Positions 22,641 through 35,715 of a DNA stretch of 64,000 nucleotides are shown piece after piece. The notes beneath the pieces are model-generated. The model was not told the DNA's origin and made no database searches. It was given only the letters and a program-made list of their open reading frames with translations. The position numbers and the translations under genes are program-made. The first letter of the stretch is position 1. Every line of letters begins with the position of its first letter. The DNA comes from Lama guanicoe (Eukaryota), in assembly GCA_013239625.1 (NCBI GenBank), contig MU053810.1, positions 2,677,518 through 2,741,517 of the forward strand. The letters run 5' to 3'.

Positions 22641-25600
22641 AAAAGGTTTTTGTTTTAGAGTCTGTTTTTTGGTCTGATATAATGCTAAGCCATTCCAGCT
22701 GCCTTGTACTTGGCTTGTCTTTTGCATGATATTTCTTTTTTTATCCTTTTACTTTTAACTTATTTGTTCTTCATATCTAAAGTATGCATCCTCTAGACAG
22801 CATATGGAACTTGTTTTTTTTTAATCTAGTTTATCAACCTGTCTTTTGATTGGAGTATTTTCATATTCATTGCTGTTATTAATAACGCGTGGATTTACAT
22901 CTGCCATTTTACTGTCTGTTTTCCTTGTCTTGTGACTTTGTTCTTTCTTTTTTTATACTACCTTTTATCTTTTTGTAAGTGGATGTTTCCTGGTGTGCCA
23001 TTTTCATTCCTTTCATGATTTTTAAATTAATATTTTCTTGGTTTATTTTCTTAGTGGTTGCTCTCCAACTTACAGTATTCATCCTTATTTACCATAATCT
23101 ACTGAACGCCAGTAATATATAGAAAATTAATTTCATTTCTTCCCTCACCCCATGCTATTATTATTATAGATACTGTGTCTCTATATATACCACAAGCCCA
23201 ACAATACAGTGTTCAAATTACTGCTTTATATAATCTTATGTCTTTTAAAGAAGCTAAGAGAAGGACGCCACATACATGTTTAAAGAACGTGTGTGTGTCC
23301 ATGTACACACACGTGTATTCCTGTTTACGTTTTGTTTTTCTTCATTTCTTCCTATGGGTTCCAGTTACCATCTAGTGTTGTTTCCTTGCTCCAATAATAG
23401 CTTTATTCCCACCCTCTTTCATTGTGTTGTGACTATCAAATATATACATTTCTATGTGTTGTAGTCCCAACAGTACAATTTATGGACATTGTTCTGTGTG
23501 ATTGCTTTTTAAATTAAGAGAGCAATGAGGAAGAAATAGCTATCCATACTGTCTTATTATTTCCTACAAAATTACCTTTGTCAGAGCTCTTTGTATGTGT
23601 TTTTCAATTGGTCTATATTTATTTTTTAAATTTCAGCTTTATTGAGGTATAATTGATGGGAGCTCTTTGTTTTTTTGTGTGTGGATTGCAGTTACTGTCT
23701 AGTGTCACTTGATTGTAGCCTAAAGAATTTCCTTTAGTATTTCTTGTTAATCAGGTTTGGAGCAACAAGTGTCTCAGTTTTTGTTTGTTTGAAAATGTTG
23801 TTATTTTACTTTTATTTTTGCAGCATAGCTCTTCTGGATATAGGATGCTTGGCTGACAGTTTTGTTCTTTCAGCATTTTCAATATGTTACTCCACTGCCT
23901 TCTTACCTTCTGTCTCCCATTCTTTCTTTCTTTTTAATTGAAGTATAGTCAGTTTACAGCGTTGTGTCAATTTCTTATGTCCAGTGTAATATTTCAGTCA
24001 CACGTACACATACATGTTCCTTTTCATATTCTTTTTCAAATGCCACAGACTTTGACTGTTCTTACTGAGATTTAGTGGATTGTTTTTGGATAAAATTTTC
24101 TCTTTGCTGCATGTCTTTAGGACAATTTTCAGAGACTTCATTATTTTAAAAAATTTTAAATTGAATTATAATTGGTATACAATATCATATAAGTTACACG
24201 TATACAGCATAGTAAGTCACAGTTTTTAGATGTTACATTCTGTTTATCGTTACGAACTACCTACTCTGGTCCTTGTGCTGAACGATGTGTCCTGGTAGCT
24301 TGTTTCATACTGAGACTTTGGTCCTTTCTCACCTGTGAAGTGGTTAATTCACTGGGGAGAGGATCCATGAAGCTCTTCACCCTGCCATTGCAGAAGTCTG
24401 GAAGGCCTGTCTCCTTTTTTTTTTTTTTAAATATCCATCATAACTTTTTGTTTCATTTAATTCATCATTAAAGAAGAATAATGACGTCCTTTCACTGTCG
24501 GCATTTTGGAAGTTACTGAGATAATTCTTTGAGGCCTGTATTCATATTTTTCCTGAATTTTGCCTTATAAAATGTTACTGTTTTACTGTGCTCTGTCCTT
24601 TACTTTTGAAAGTCTTATTGATTATTTATAGGCTAAAAAAATGTACGTTAAATTCTTCCATTGTAAGCGTTTGATGCCGCCTTCTGGTAATTTGAAGTTA
24701 GAGATGCCCTTACTCAGTGTCTAGGTTAGTTGTCGTAAGTTGGGATCTTACTTTTTAGGGGTATAAAATAATTTCTGTAATTCAATTCAGTCTGAATCCT
24801 TGTCATTAAGTAAAGGAGTTGAAATTAATTCACCTGACTAGATGTTAGGCTTTTTTGGGAACTGTGTTCTTATAAATATTGTCGAGTGATGTTATTTGAC
24901 ACCACAGTGCATAGTGGAGGAAACGTCTCCAGATTTAAACGTACATGTGATCCTATTGAAGTTAGCTAGGTTATACTTTATTACTGTTCAGAAATTGGTT
25001 TCTTTTTAGAATTAGCTCATCTGATTTAGTTAGGCATGAGTTTTTGTGTACTCAACTTCTGGTCAGTTGATAATCTTATTCATTATACACAAATACTTGT
25101 AGTTTGCCGTTATATAATTTAGTCTTTCATGACAAGGTGGTACTGTCTATCAGCTGTTTTCCCCTGGGTGAAGGACCAAATAGATGTCAAAAGTTGCTGG
25201 AAGTGTTCATTGGCCAGTACCTTTGGGGGACATCTCTGATCTCCTAAAGTGTCTTCCTCCAAGGCCTGGTGTGTCAGGTTGGCAGGGCTGAATGATAGCT
25301 CATGTGGGATTCTTGTGGACAGTTGGAGTGGCCTAAAGCTTGTTCACTCATGTAGGACTGTCCCTCACCTCTTAAGTCCCAACTCCCTGTATGAGACTCC
25401 TTTACATATGCTTACTTCCAGCAGAAGAGAAAGGCAAACTTCTTTTTACACCCTTATGACAGGAATCAGTTAAATATTGGTGAGGAGGCTTTGAGACTGA
25501 GGTGGGGTAGGCAATGTCCTGCCCCTCTGGCCTTTGTGCCTGTGAAAATTCTTCCTATCTTGTGGTGTTTTTGAGTCTAAGGAAACAGTGCCTTGTGAAA

Positions 25601-25824
25601 TCCTACTAGGACTATTTATGTGTCTTTGTTGATGTTTTCATGTTTGTGTTGTTTGTTAAAATTAGATTACAGTCAGAAAAAATGAATTCATGTTTTGAAA
25701 TAGAGTAGGTTAGATTGTAAACCTGATCTTGACTTCTGAAGATAACTGTAAAATCCAGATTTGTATAAAGCATTTGTAAGATTTTAGTTTCATGTCATTT
25801 TTGTTTTTGTTCCTCTACCCTAAG

Positions 25825-25928
25825 ACTTGCTACATTTGTGATGAACAAGGCAGAGAAAGCAAGGCAGCCACTGGTGCTTGCATGACGTGTAATAAACACG
25901 GATGTCGACAGGCTTTCCATGTGACATG
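25825..25928 (+). CDS. MLLT10: MLLT10 coding exon (104 nt): TCYICDEQGRESKAATGACMTCNKHGCRQAFHVT(C)
   Basis: ccctaag acceptor and TG|gtaagt donor; frame continuous with the previous exon; PHD Cys/His pattern. Confidence 0.97.
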
Positions 25929-27319
25929 GTAAGTATATTTCCATCATTATACAGAACTGAAGTTGGGAATACCTTGTCAAGTTACAGGCTTAGGTACCAA
26001 AATATTTAAAGTATATTTTATTGGGATAGGTTCTATGTTTATATTTACTTATTTATAATAAGGATAATTACAATAATTGGAATATATTTACCAGAGTGAA
26101 TTTTTAGTAGGTGGACCCTAGTTCTAATGTTTTATTCAGTTTAATTTTGGTTAAATGGGATTTATTTGTGTTTGTTACCTGCCCTTTGATTTGGTATTAG
26201 GATTAAAAGAACTGATGTAGATGAACTTAGTGCAGTGCCTGCAATACTAGTAAGGATTTAATGAGTGATTTCCTCAATGTGTTTCCGGGAGGGAAAAAGC
26301 CATCACCATCATTCTCAGTATTATAGTCGCTATTCTTTAAAAGGTTACTTGGATATTTTTTGAGCATAAAATTTCAAGAGCAGAAATTACCCTTAAACAA
26401 AACATTCAACGTAATAGATAACAGTTAAAAATAAAAGATTGGGAATGATTCATGTACTTATTAATTTTAAGAGTCAGTCTATATTTAGCAGCCAGTATAG
26501 GTACAGGCCTTATTTCCTGAGCTTTTAGCATGTGGATTTGTGAAGTCCATTTTAGATTACTTTTGGAGAATGAAAAGGATTTTTGTTTTATATAAATTCT
26601 CTTAATATTGTATGTAATTTTCCAAAGTTCAATGACCTTTTTTGGGTTTGAGATATATACTACTACTGTAATTCTGGAATGTTAAAAGTGGAAGATCAAA
26701 TTGACAAAATGGTAATTATAAACTTAAGCATTTTGTGTATTTTAAAAATATGAATATCATAGCTTTAGTTTTCAGTTTCATTTCTTCCATTATTTTTGAT
26801 GGGAAAACATGGCTATGTATCTCTACCTGCTGTACTTTGCTATGACTTGAAGCATTTTCCTTCTAACAGTAGGTAATCTGCATCTATGGCAAATTCTTCA
26901 CAAGTCAAAGTCATTTCAGCCCTTTAGAGGTCTGGCTTTTCCAATGCACCTGTGACTCAGATTGAAAAAGTAAAATGAAGTTTTAAGGTTAGGGGTGTAT
27001 CTTAAGAAATTTAATGTCTATTTGGTGACATAAAACGTGTAAATCTTCATCCTTGTTAGAGATGGATGAAAAGTTAAATTATATATATATCTTTAAAAAT
27101 ATATCAGTCATGGGATGAAATGTTTTTGGTCTCAGCTACAAAGAGCCTTTTATCTTCCCTTTTCCTCTTAGGAGATGTAAGGGTTTTTTGTTTTGTTTTG
27201 TTTTTTGTTTTTGTTTTTTTAACAAAACTTACATGCTTGGAAGTGAATTTCAATTTATTTATGTATTACATACTACTGTGGTATGAAGTTTTATTGATAT
27301 GCTTGGCTTTTACTTTCAG

Positions 27320-27413
27320 TGCTCAGTTTGCTGGGCTACTTTGTGAAGAAGAGGGTAATGGCGCAGATAACGTCCAATACTGTGGCTACTGTAAATACCA
27401 TTTTAGTAAGCTG
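27320..27413 (+). CDS. MLLT10: MLLT10 coding exon (94 nt): AQFAGLLCEEEGNGADNVQYCGYCKYHFSKL
   Basis: tactttcag acceptor and CTG|gtaaga donor; the peptide is visible in ORF 27120..27494. Confidence 0.97.
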
Positions 27414-29331
27414 GTAAGAATTTGTTTTGAATTTAATTTTAGAATGATAATAATTAGTTTGACAACAGCTGATTCTTTTATAGAAAAATCGTAATAGCTA
27501 TTCCTTCTTTTGGTTGTTTTTTGCTTGAGATTTACTTAGTATGTTCTTTATTGGGAATTAAAAGCTGGTCATTTTAAAAGATTTTGCTTTGCTTGGGTTC
27601 ATTTATAAAGATGAATATTCTAAAATATTCTAATTTAGAATATATGTTCGTAGTGAATGTTGGTATACAATCAGTAGAAAAAACAAGTGTGTTAAGACCT
27701 CTTTATAATTTACCAGTTTCTAGTTAATTTGATTTTTGATGCTTGATTATATGTTTTGTGATTGTAACTTCTTTTGCATCTTTTTGCTTTATTACTATTA
27801 CCCATAATGTTATTATTTTTTTAACTTCTACATGGAGATAGTAAAACTGAAACAAGGCTCCTTTGTAACTTCTTATTAGTTAAAGATCTTGAGACAAATA
27901 TATTTAAATACAACTTTGGGAATATGTTGAATTTGATCAGTCTTTACTGTTACACAATCACATGGATGATTAAGTTAGTAATGTTTGATTAACTGTTACA
28001 TATGTTATGTCCATGCTCCTTTGAAGAAATCAGTATTTCTTTAATGCCCCAAGTGTCTTATTTCTCAGTCTTTAATGATAACAGTGAGATTTGTATACTG
28101 AAAGTTTAAGATTTCTTTGTTTTTCTTTAGTGTCTTATTGTTATTTTTTATTGTTACCTTTCCCTTGTGAATAGGGCTATTTCTTCTTTTTTAAAAGTAA
28201 GTAATATCCTTAGGGGACCTTTTCTCATGAAATAAGTAGCTCATGACTTTAGTATTCTGGTTCTTGCATGTAAAATACTTGATTGTGTTTATATATTGTT
28301 TGATACTGGGGACTCTGATTTATTTTAATGACTGACAAAAGAACATTGAAGTGTTCTAAGAGAAATTTTGAGATAGTAAAATTAAAAATTTGCTTCTGGA
28401 TGTTAAAATCATGTTGGAATCATTTTCTAAATGAGATGATATAGATAAAATATAGGAATAATGAAAATGGATTTTGAAGTTCATGTAAATAGAATTTTCT
28501 CATTGTTAGTTATTAATGTGCTGTTACCCTTTTTGCTGGTTGGAGAAAAAGTCTATTTAATAATTTAATGATTGTATAAGCCCTACATTTGCATAGAATG
28601 TGAACATCTTTTATAGTAATTTTTAATCTAGTTTACTTCATTACGGTATCACCAAGTTTTAACACCTCAAATAACTCTTACTGTCATACTTTACTATAAA
28701 ACTGTGTAAGTATTTTAAACAGAAGTGTATAATATGTAGTAATGCTTTGAAAAATTGCATGGGTCTAATACTGACATTTTCTTTCTTTTTTCCTGTATGA
28801 ACTTCAAAGACAAGTTTTTAGAAAACTGTATGCCTTAATACTGAAAGTATGAGATTAAAAGACTTCTTGCTTTTTCCTAGTGGCATAAAGTAACTCTTCA
28901 AATATTTTCTTTTCTTCTAGTCTTGGCATCCTTCTTCAGTATGGCATTCTCTATTTTTGGTTGAAACTTCTTTTATTTTCTAAAGCAGACATTGAAAATT
29001 ATAGTTGATCTCTTTAATGAGGTGATTTTCCAATAAAATGACAAATAAGCTACTGCTTATTTGAAAGTATAATCTATTTTCACACATTCAGTAAGTATAT
29101 GAAAATATGGCATTGGTGTTACATTTAGGGCTAGCTTTTCCTTTATAATGCAATAGCTAATATATGGATGATGTCTGAATTGGATTATGTAGTTTGAAAC
29201 AGACTTTTTTTTTTTACCTTCAGTAGACATTTTAAAATACTTCACACTTTAATTGGTTTAAACCTAACAAAAAGATTATTTAAAAAATTTTATATACATA
29301 TACCTATATGTATATATATTTTCTTTTTTAG

Positions 29332-29427
29332 AAAAAGAGCAAACGGGGATCTAATAGGTCATATGATCAAAGTTTAAGTGATTCTTCCTCTCACTCTCAG
29401 GATAAACATCATGAGAAAGAGAAAAAA
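29332..29427 (+). CDS. MLLT10: MLLT10 coding exon (96 nt): KKSKRGSNRSYDQSLSDSSSHSQDKHHEKEKK
   Basis: ttctttttag acceptor and AAA|gtaagt donor; phase 0-0. Confidence 0.96.
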
Positions 29428-31734
29428 GTAAGTGGATTTGTTGTTGCTAAATATGTAGCACATCTACTTAATAGAGTTTCCTTTTTCAGATAAAATTAAG
29501 TTCTTGATAGCTTAATGGAGATTTTGAAATACTGAAAATTTTTGACTAATACGGATTATTAAGTCAAAGAGTAGGTTTAAAATAATATGCCATATTTGTG
29601 AATATGGTTGTATCTGTTTCATCTGAATATTTGAAATATTAAAAAGTTGACTAAATCATGAAAGGGATTTCTTGCATGTGTTACTCTGGTCATCTTTTGA
29701 AATCTTCAGGTGACATTAGCAATAATGGTTTGTTGCTATATATTATTAGCTGATTATTTCACATGTAGGTAAAAATCTCATCAGCTTTTTTCCTTTATAA
29801 TATAGAACACTTGAAGTTCTATATATTCTTGACTGTTTTTTCCCCCTAGGGATGCTGATGGTTTATTATTTTTTAGTGACTAAATGTCATACCATTTGTT
29901 TGAGAGTATTTCATCTTTTAATTAAAACACTAAAAGCTTGCCTAATACTAATCTGTCTTCTTCTGATCTGTTTTCTGCTTACATTTTTACTTATTGTAAA
30001 GAATATGAGTAATGTTTAGTAAACTAATGATAAGTATTGGAGAATCAGTCATTCATAGGACATATTGCCCACATAGGAAAAGGATACCACTATGAATTGT
30101 TTTTAACGAAGTAAAGATACAAAGGACATCTTCAGTTAGTAAAGAATATTACTCTTAAACAGTTAGTGTAAACTAATTGGGAATATATTTCCACAGATTG
30201 TGTTAAAAACTAAATTGTGTAACATTTACATGTTTGTTAAATACTTAGGATTTGGGAGAGTGATTGAAATGCTAATGTTATTTAAAAACAAATTTGAATT
30301 TGGTTTGAATTTCTTTTTTCAAAGTAAACATTTAAAGAGGTTAAGTTTTTTATTTTGAGATTTATTTTCCAACTGTGAGTGAAATAATTATAACTTTATA
30401 TTCAGCTTTAGAACACTTAATAGATTTATATATATTTTTGGTGCATCTTGGGCAGCAAGTGCACATATTCATTTTGATTTCTTTAACGAAGTGGTTTCGT
30501 GATAGTGAAAATAAAACTGTTCTGTCTTGCTGTTTGTTGTTTGGATTGCTAGTGGAAAAATGGTAGATTTGGTTTAATAAGCAGTTTTTGTAACAACCAT
30601 TTTAGAATTTTATTTAAGCTCTTTTATCCATGAACAAGAAGTTCTTAGATAGGGCTTATTATAAATTATGAAGAGGGAAGTCATACCAGTGATGTTCTTA
30701 TGTTCTGCCATTTCATGAACATTATCTTGCTTAAAGAGTTACTCACTGTATGACCATATTTATCTTAATGTATGCCCTTTCGTGTTATTTTTAAAGGACA
30801 ATTATTAAATGTGATACATTGTTTTAATAAATACATCACTGATGACTATATTTAGTGGTTTTTTCCTCTGGGAATGAAGGTTTTCATTTTATGAGTTTTT
30901 GCAGTTGAATGCTGGATTAAAAAACGTTAGTCAAACTTGTTTAGCTTTAAATTCTAGCAGTTGGTATTTTTGTTAGCATGTAAATACTATTTGAATTTTA
31001 CTTTTAACACATGTAAGTTTAGTACAACTTGATTTTGTGCATTTTGTTTTTTAATAACCAAGATTTTTTGATAATCCGTAAAGGCTGTGAGATATACTAT
31101 AAATTTATTATTATTGCTAGACTGACTTGCTTGCCTTGGGAATATTTGGGAAGGTTTTTTTTTTTTTTAACTCTGGTATAATGTTAAGTGATAATACAGC
31201 TGTAAAGATTGGGTGTTACAGAGTGTCTTTCTCTTCATCCCTCTTTTAGAACTTTAACATCCAATACAGTTGTCTTGGGGGAAAAAAATGTATATCATGT
31301 TATAAAATGTATTCATGGGTAGTACATTTTAAAATACTATATATTATGAACTAAATTTTGGTGATACTGTTCATAAGATATTGTAGAATCACTCTCCCTC
31401 TGAATTCTTTTATTTGCATTCATTCTTGCAGATATTTTAAAATATCATTAAGTTAAAAGTAAGTGATGATACAGAATATTTAATATGAAATACTGTGTTT
31501 TCCAAATCACTTACTTAAAAAAGAAACCAACAGTTCATAAGTTAACTTTTTATATGATTATAAGACAGTTAAAAAGTACTTAGCCTTTGCTTTTCAGAGA
31601 ATTTCTGTGTGGCCCAAGATACATTACTACTTGTTGGATATTAACTGTGAAATGCCAGCAAGGAGAGGGGAAAAGTTAATGGTGAGATAAAACTTTGAAT
31701 AAAGGACAGTTTCTATAAAAACTTAGAAAATGGC

Positions 31735-31753
31735 GTGTGTGTGTGTGTGTGTA

Positions 31754-31823
<70 letters not shown>
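31735..31823. repeat. (TG)n(TA)n compound microsatellite
   Basis: Seen directly. Confidence 0.95.
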
Positions 31824-31828
<5 letters not shown>

Positions 31829-33469
31829 ATCCAAGTACGTGTTTGAAATGAGTGAAGGCTATCCATAGTATAGGAAGAGTTTAATTCAGTCACAAAACAG
31901 TTTGGATCGTAAAGTAGTGTTTAAGAATATCTTCTAAGACTGTTAATGTTAGTTAATGTTCATTGTGAAACAGAGGTTTTTTTTAAGCCCAGTGTTGTTA
32001 TGTTTACAGAAGCACTGCTATAGAGTGAGGGGTGGGCATGAGTCAGGTCAGGAGAGGCACGCTTGGAGGTGGCGTGGTTGTATAGTGAGGCTCCCAGCTG
32101 CAGAAAGGATATTTTTCTAAAGGCTAAGTTGGAGCTTATCATTTAGAAATCAGTGGTTATTTATTGCATTGAGATAATCTGTGCCAGTTCATTTGATCCT
32201 CACGTCATCCCCTTCCCACTCATGAATGCTAACTAACTTAGAATGTATCCATAGTATAATGCTAGACTTATAGTACTTTACATCAATATTGCTGTTAGTG
32301 ACATTGTGTTATATGGAAGTACATACACGCAGTTCCAAGTAGAAATGACAGAAGTCCATCTGTCCCCTACTACAGCTAGAGGGATTTATCTTCCACCCTA
32401 TCTTCCACCCCTGTACTTACCTTTGGTTGCGTTCTATTCTTAATAGCTGGCAGCAGATAAAGGAACTTATTGCCAGTATAAAGCACTGTTAGGGGTGCTG
32501 TGTGGGTTTGGGTGAGACAGGCTTTTTGACTAGTGTTTTGTGAACCTCAGGGATTAACTGGACTTCCTTTTTGTTTAGGACTACTCATTTGTTTGAAGAG
32601 AACTAAAGTAAAACTCTTAAATCACAGAGTTGTCATTATTTCTCTGCATTTTTTTTTTTTTTAAGTTTTCAGCATTGAGAATTAGGTGTCATCCCCTTCC
32701 CTTTTTTTGTGGACTTCCCTTTGGAGATCTTCCACTCAGGTTAAAGCTTTAAGCTTCTGCATGTGCAAAGAGTTAAGAGAGGGGAGGGCGTTCCAGGAAC
32801 AGTAATTTAGAATGTCTGGAGTATGTGTTTAGTGGCGCTGAAGAGTGACAGGAGATGAGAGTATTTAGTTACAAAGGGGCCAAGAGGACTTTGGTGAGTA
32901 ATGGTAGTTTCATCCTTCCTCTTGGGTTGTTGGGCAGCCTGCCAGAAGGATTAACATCTTTCCTTTCAACTTTTGATTTTGCAATAATTTAAGACTTTGA
33001 GAAAAGTTGCAGAAATACCACACATTATTTCTTTGCACCGTTCACCTAGACTCCCAAGTTGTTAGCATTTCATCACATTAGCTTTATCATTTCCTCCCTC
33101 CCTTGCCTTTGCTGTCTCTTCTCAGTTTCTGTGTAAAATCTTCTTTTCTGAATTTTAGATAGTTAATTACAACTGTAGTGCCCCCTTAGTCTGAGTACTT
33201 GAGTGTGTAGTTTTAATCCTACATGATTACAGTGTAGTTATAAAAATCAGTAAATTTGTGTTGTTGCAGAACTGTTAGCTAATCTACAGATCCTGTTCAG
33301 ATTTCGCCCACTTATGTCCTCCATCCTGAAGGAAGGAAACTTTTTCTGGTCCAGAATCCAATTCAGGATCACACACTGCATTCATTTGTCCTGTTGTTCA
33401 GTTTTTCCCAGTCTGTAATATTTTCTCATGTGTGTTTCTTGACCCTGATGTTTCTGAAGCCCTCACTGT

Positions 33470-34470
33470 TTCAGGTTCTCGGAGGCAGACTAGGTCTTAA
33501 CAATGGATTTTACAACCACACCCTGCTTTGCTCTCATACAGTGATTTTCTGACAGTGGCTTAAATATTTTGTTCATCTGGAAGCTGTTCCATACTTGAGC
33601 ATTGTTTCTGTCTGGAGAGACAGGCAGTGTTCAAAAAGCAGCAAGTCTTGGTTCCTTTTCATCAATGGTCTTCCTAATTTAGTTTATCTCTATACTGCTT
33701 TTTACTATAAATAGCAAAGTCAGACTGCACTTCAGACATATTATTTAGAAAGTCTCTATAGTTAAATCATACAATTCATTAAGTTGATTTTCTATTTTCT
33801 ATGTTACTATGGGCAACAATTTAGTTAAACTTTATTATTACATAACAAGAACCCTTGTTCTCTAATTTTCAGCCCCCCCCCCCTTAAGCCCTCCTTAGGA
33901 GCCTCCTGAAAGGCAGTAGGTTTTAGGAACAGCCTCTTCCGTGCTCTTTAGGTGTTCACTCATCATCTCCTGAAAGTCCTTTCAGCTTCTGCCCTCTGTC
34001 TAATTCCAAGCAACTCCCACACTTAGGTTTTTTTGTTATGGTAGCACCCCGTGCCTTGTAACAAAACTGAGTATCGGTTACCTATTGCAGCATAACACAT
34101 TACCCTAAAATTTAGTGACATAAAGCTGTAGTGAGTACTTATTGTCTCAGAGTTTCTGTGGGTCAGGAATTTAGACTTAACTGGCTATTTCTAGGTTAGG
34201 ATCTCGGGTCAGATTGCAGTCAAGATGATGTCAGGACTACAGTCATTTGAAGGCTTGACTAAGGCTGATAGATATGCTTCCAAGATGGCCTATTCACATG
34301 GCTGGCAAGTTGGTGCTGGCTGAGTAAGAACCTCATTTTCTTGCTGCATAGACCTTCCCGTAGAGACACTTGAGTGTCCTTATGACATGGCATCTAGAAT
34401 TTTTCAGAGTAAGAGAGCAAGGTGAAAATTACAGTATTTTTTGTGAACTAGCCTCAAATGTCACATGTTG
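33470..34470. mobile_element. MaLR (MLT1) internal sequence plus LTR
   Basis: ctattgcagcataacacattaccctaaaatttagtg...tctgtgggtcaggaattt; ttccaagatggcctattcacatggctggcaagttggtgctggc. Confidence 0.65.
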
Positions 34471-34749
34471 TCCCCGCCACCCTTCTCCATCCCCTCAGAC
34501 ATACAGTTGGGATGCCCTTTTTTCTAAATTATTTTTTAGTGCTTAAATATATATAAAATATCGTTTGCCATTTTAGCCACTTTTAAGGCACACCATCATT
34601 TTTGCATACCTGAAACTCTGTAGCCATTAAGCAGTAACTCTCCCCCCAGTCCCTTCTCCAAGCCCCTGGCAGTCTCTGTTCTGCCTTCTGTTTTTAGAAA
34701 TTTGACTACTCTACATTCCTCTACATTCCTTATATAAGTGGAATATTCT

Positions 34750-34752
<3 letters not shown>

Positions 34753-34780
<28 letters not shown>
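34753..34780. repeat. (GT)n microsatellite inside an L1 3' end
   Basis: Seen directly. Confidence 0.95.
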
Positions 34781-34784
<4 letters not shown>

Positions 34785-35715
34785 ATACACACATACCACA
34801 TTTGCTTATTCATTTATCTGTTGATGGACACTTGGGTTGCTTGTACGTTCTGGCTGTTGCAGATGAGTAATGCTGCTATGAACATGGGTTGGGTATACAA
34901 GTATCTCTTCAAAACCCTGTTTTCAGTTTTTGGGTATATACTCAGAAGTGGAATTGCTGGATCACATAGTGATTCTGTGTTTAATTTTTTGAGGAACTTC
35001 TATACTATTTTCTACAACAGCTGTACTATTTTACGTTTCCACAAACAAGGTTTCTGCTTTCTCCACATCCTTACAACGCTCATTTTTTTGTTTTTGCTTT
35101 TCTCGGCAGTAGTTTTGTTCCTCGATTATGATACGTCACTTGGTCTTTGATTCTTTTATCTTTTCTTTTTCTTTCGAGTCATATCTTTATTTTATGTATG
35201 TATGTATGTATTATTAATAGACTTTATTTTTCTAGAGCAGCTTCAGGTTCACAGCAGAATTGAGCAGAAAATGCAGAGTTTGCACACAGCCCTCCCCACC
35301 CACACATATATACTCCCTTACCCTCAACATCCCTCACACTGTGGCATATTTGGTACAGTCAGTGAACCAACATGGACACATTATTATCAACCAAAGTCCA
35401 TAGTTTACATTAGGGTTCACTCTTGATGTTGTACATTCTATGGGTTTTGACAAATGCATGTAGACACCACTAGAGTATCATACAGAATAATTTCATTGCC
35501 CTAAAAATCCCTTGTGCTCCATCTATTCACTCCTTTCTCCCCCTCTCCCTCTCCCCAAACCACGATTTTTTTTTATTGCTTCTGTAGCTGTGCCTTTTCC
35601 GGAATGTCATTTGGTTGGAATCATACAGTTTGTAGCCTTTTCAGACTGGCTTCTTTCATTTAGTAATATGTCTAAAGTTTTCTTCCATGTCTTTCATGGC
35701 TTGATAGCTCATTTC

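Noticed and set aside
22371..22658. 95-aa RPL10-like ORF as a functional gene
   Set aside because: GTG start, upstream stops and indels, missing N-terminal half, altered C-terminus
32387..32410. Short direct duplications (also near 34709 and 63599)
   Set aside because: 10-12 bp slippage duplications are common and carry no further structure
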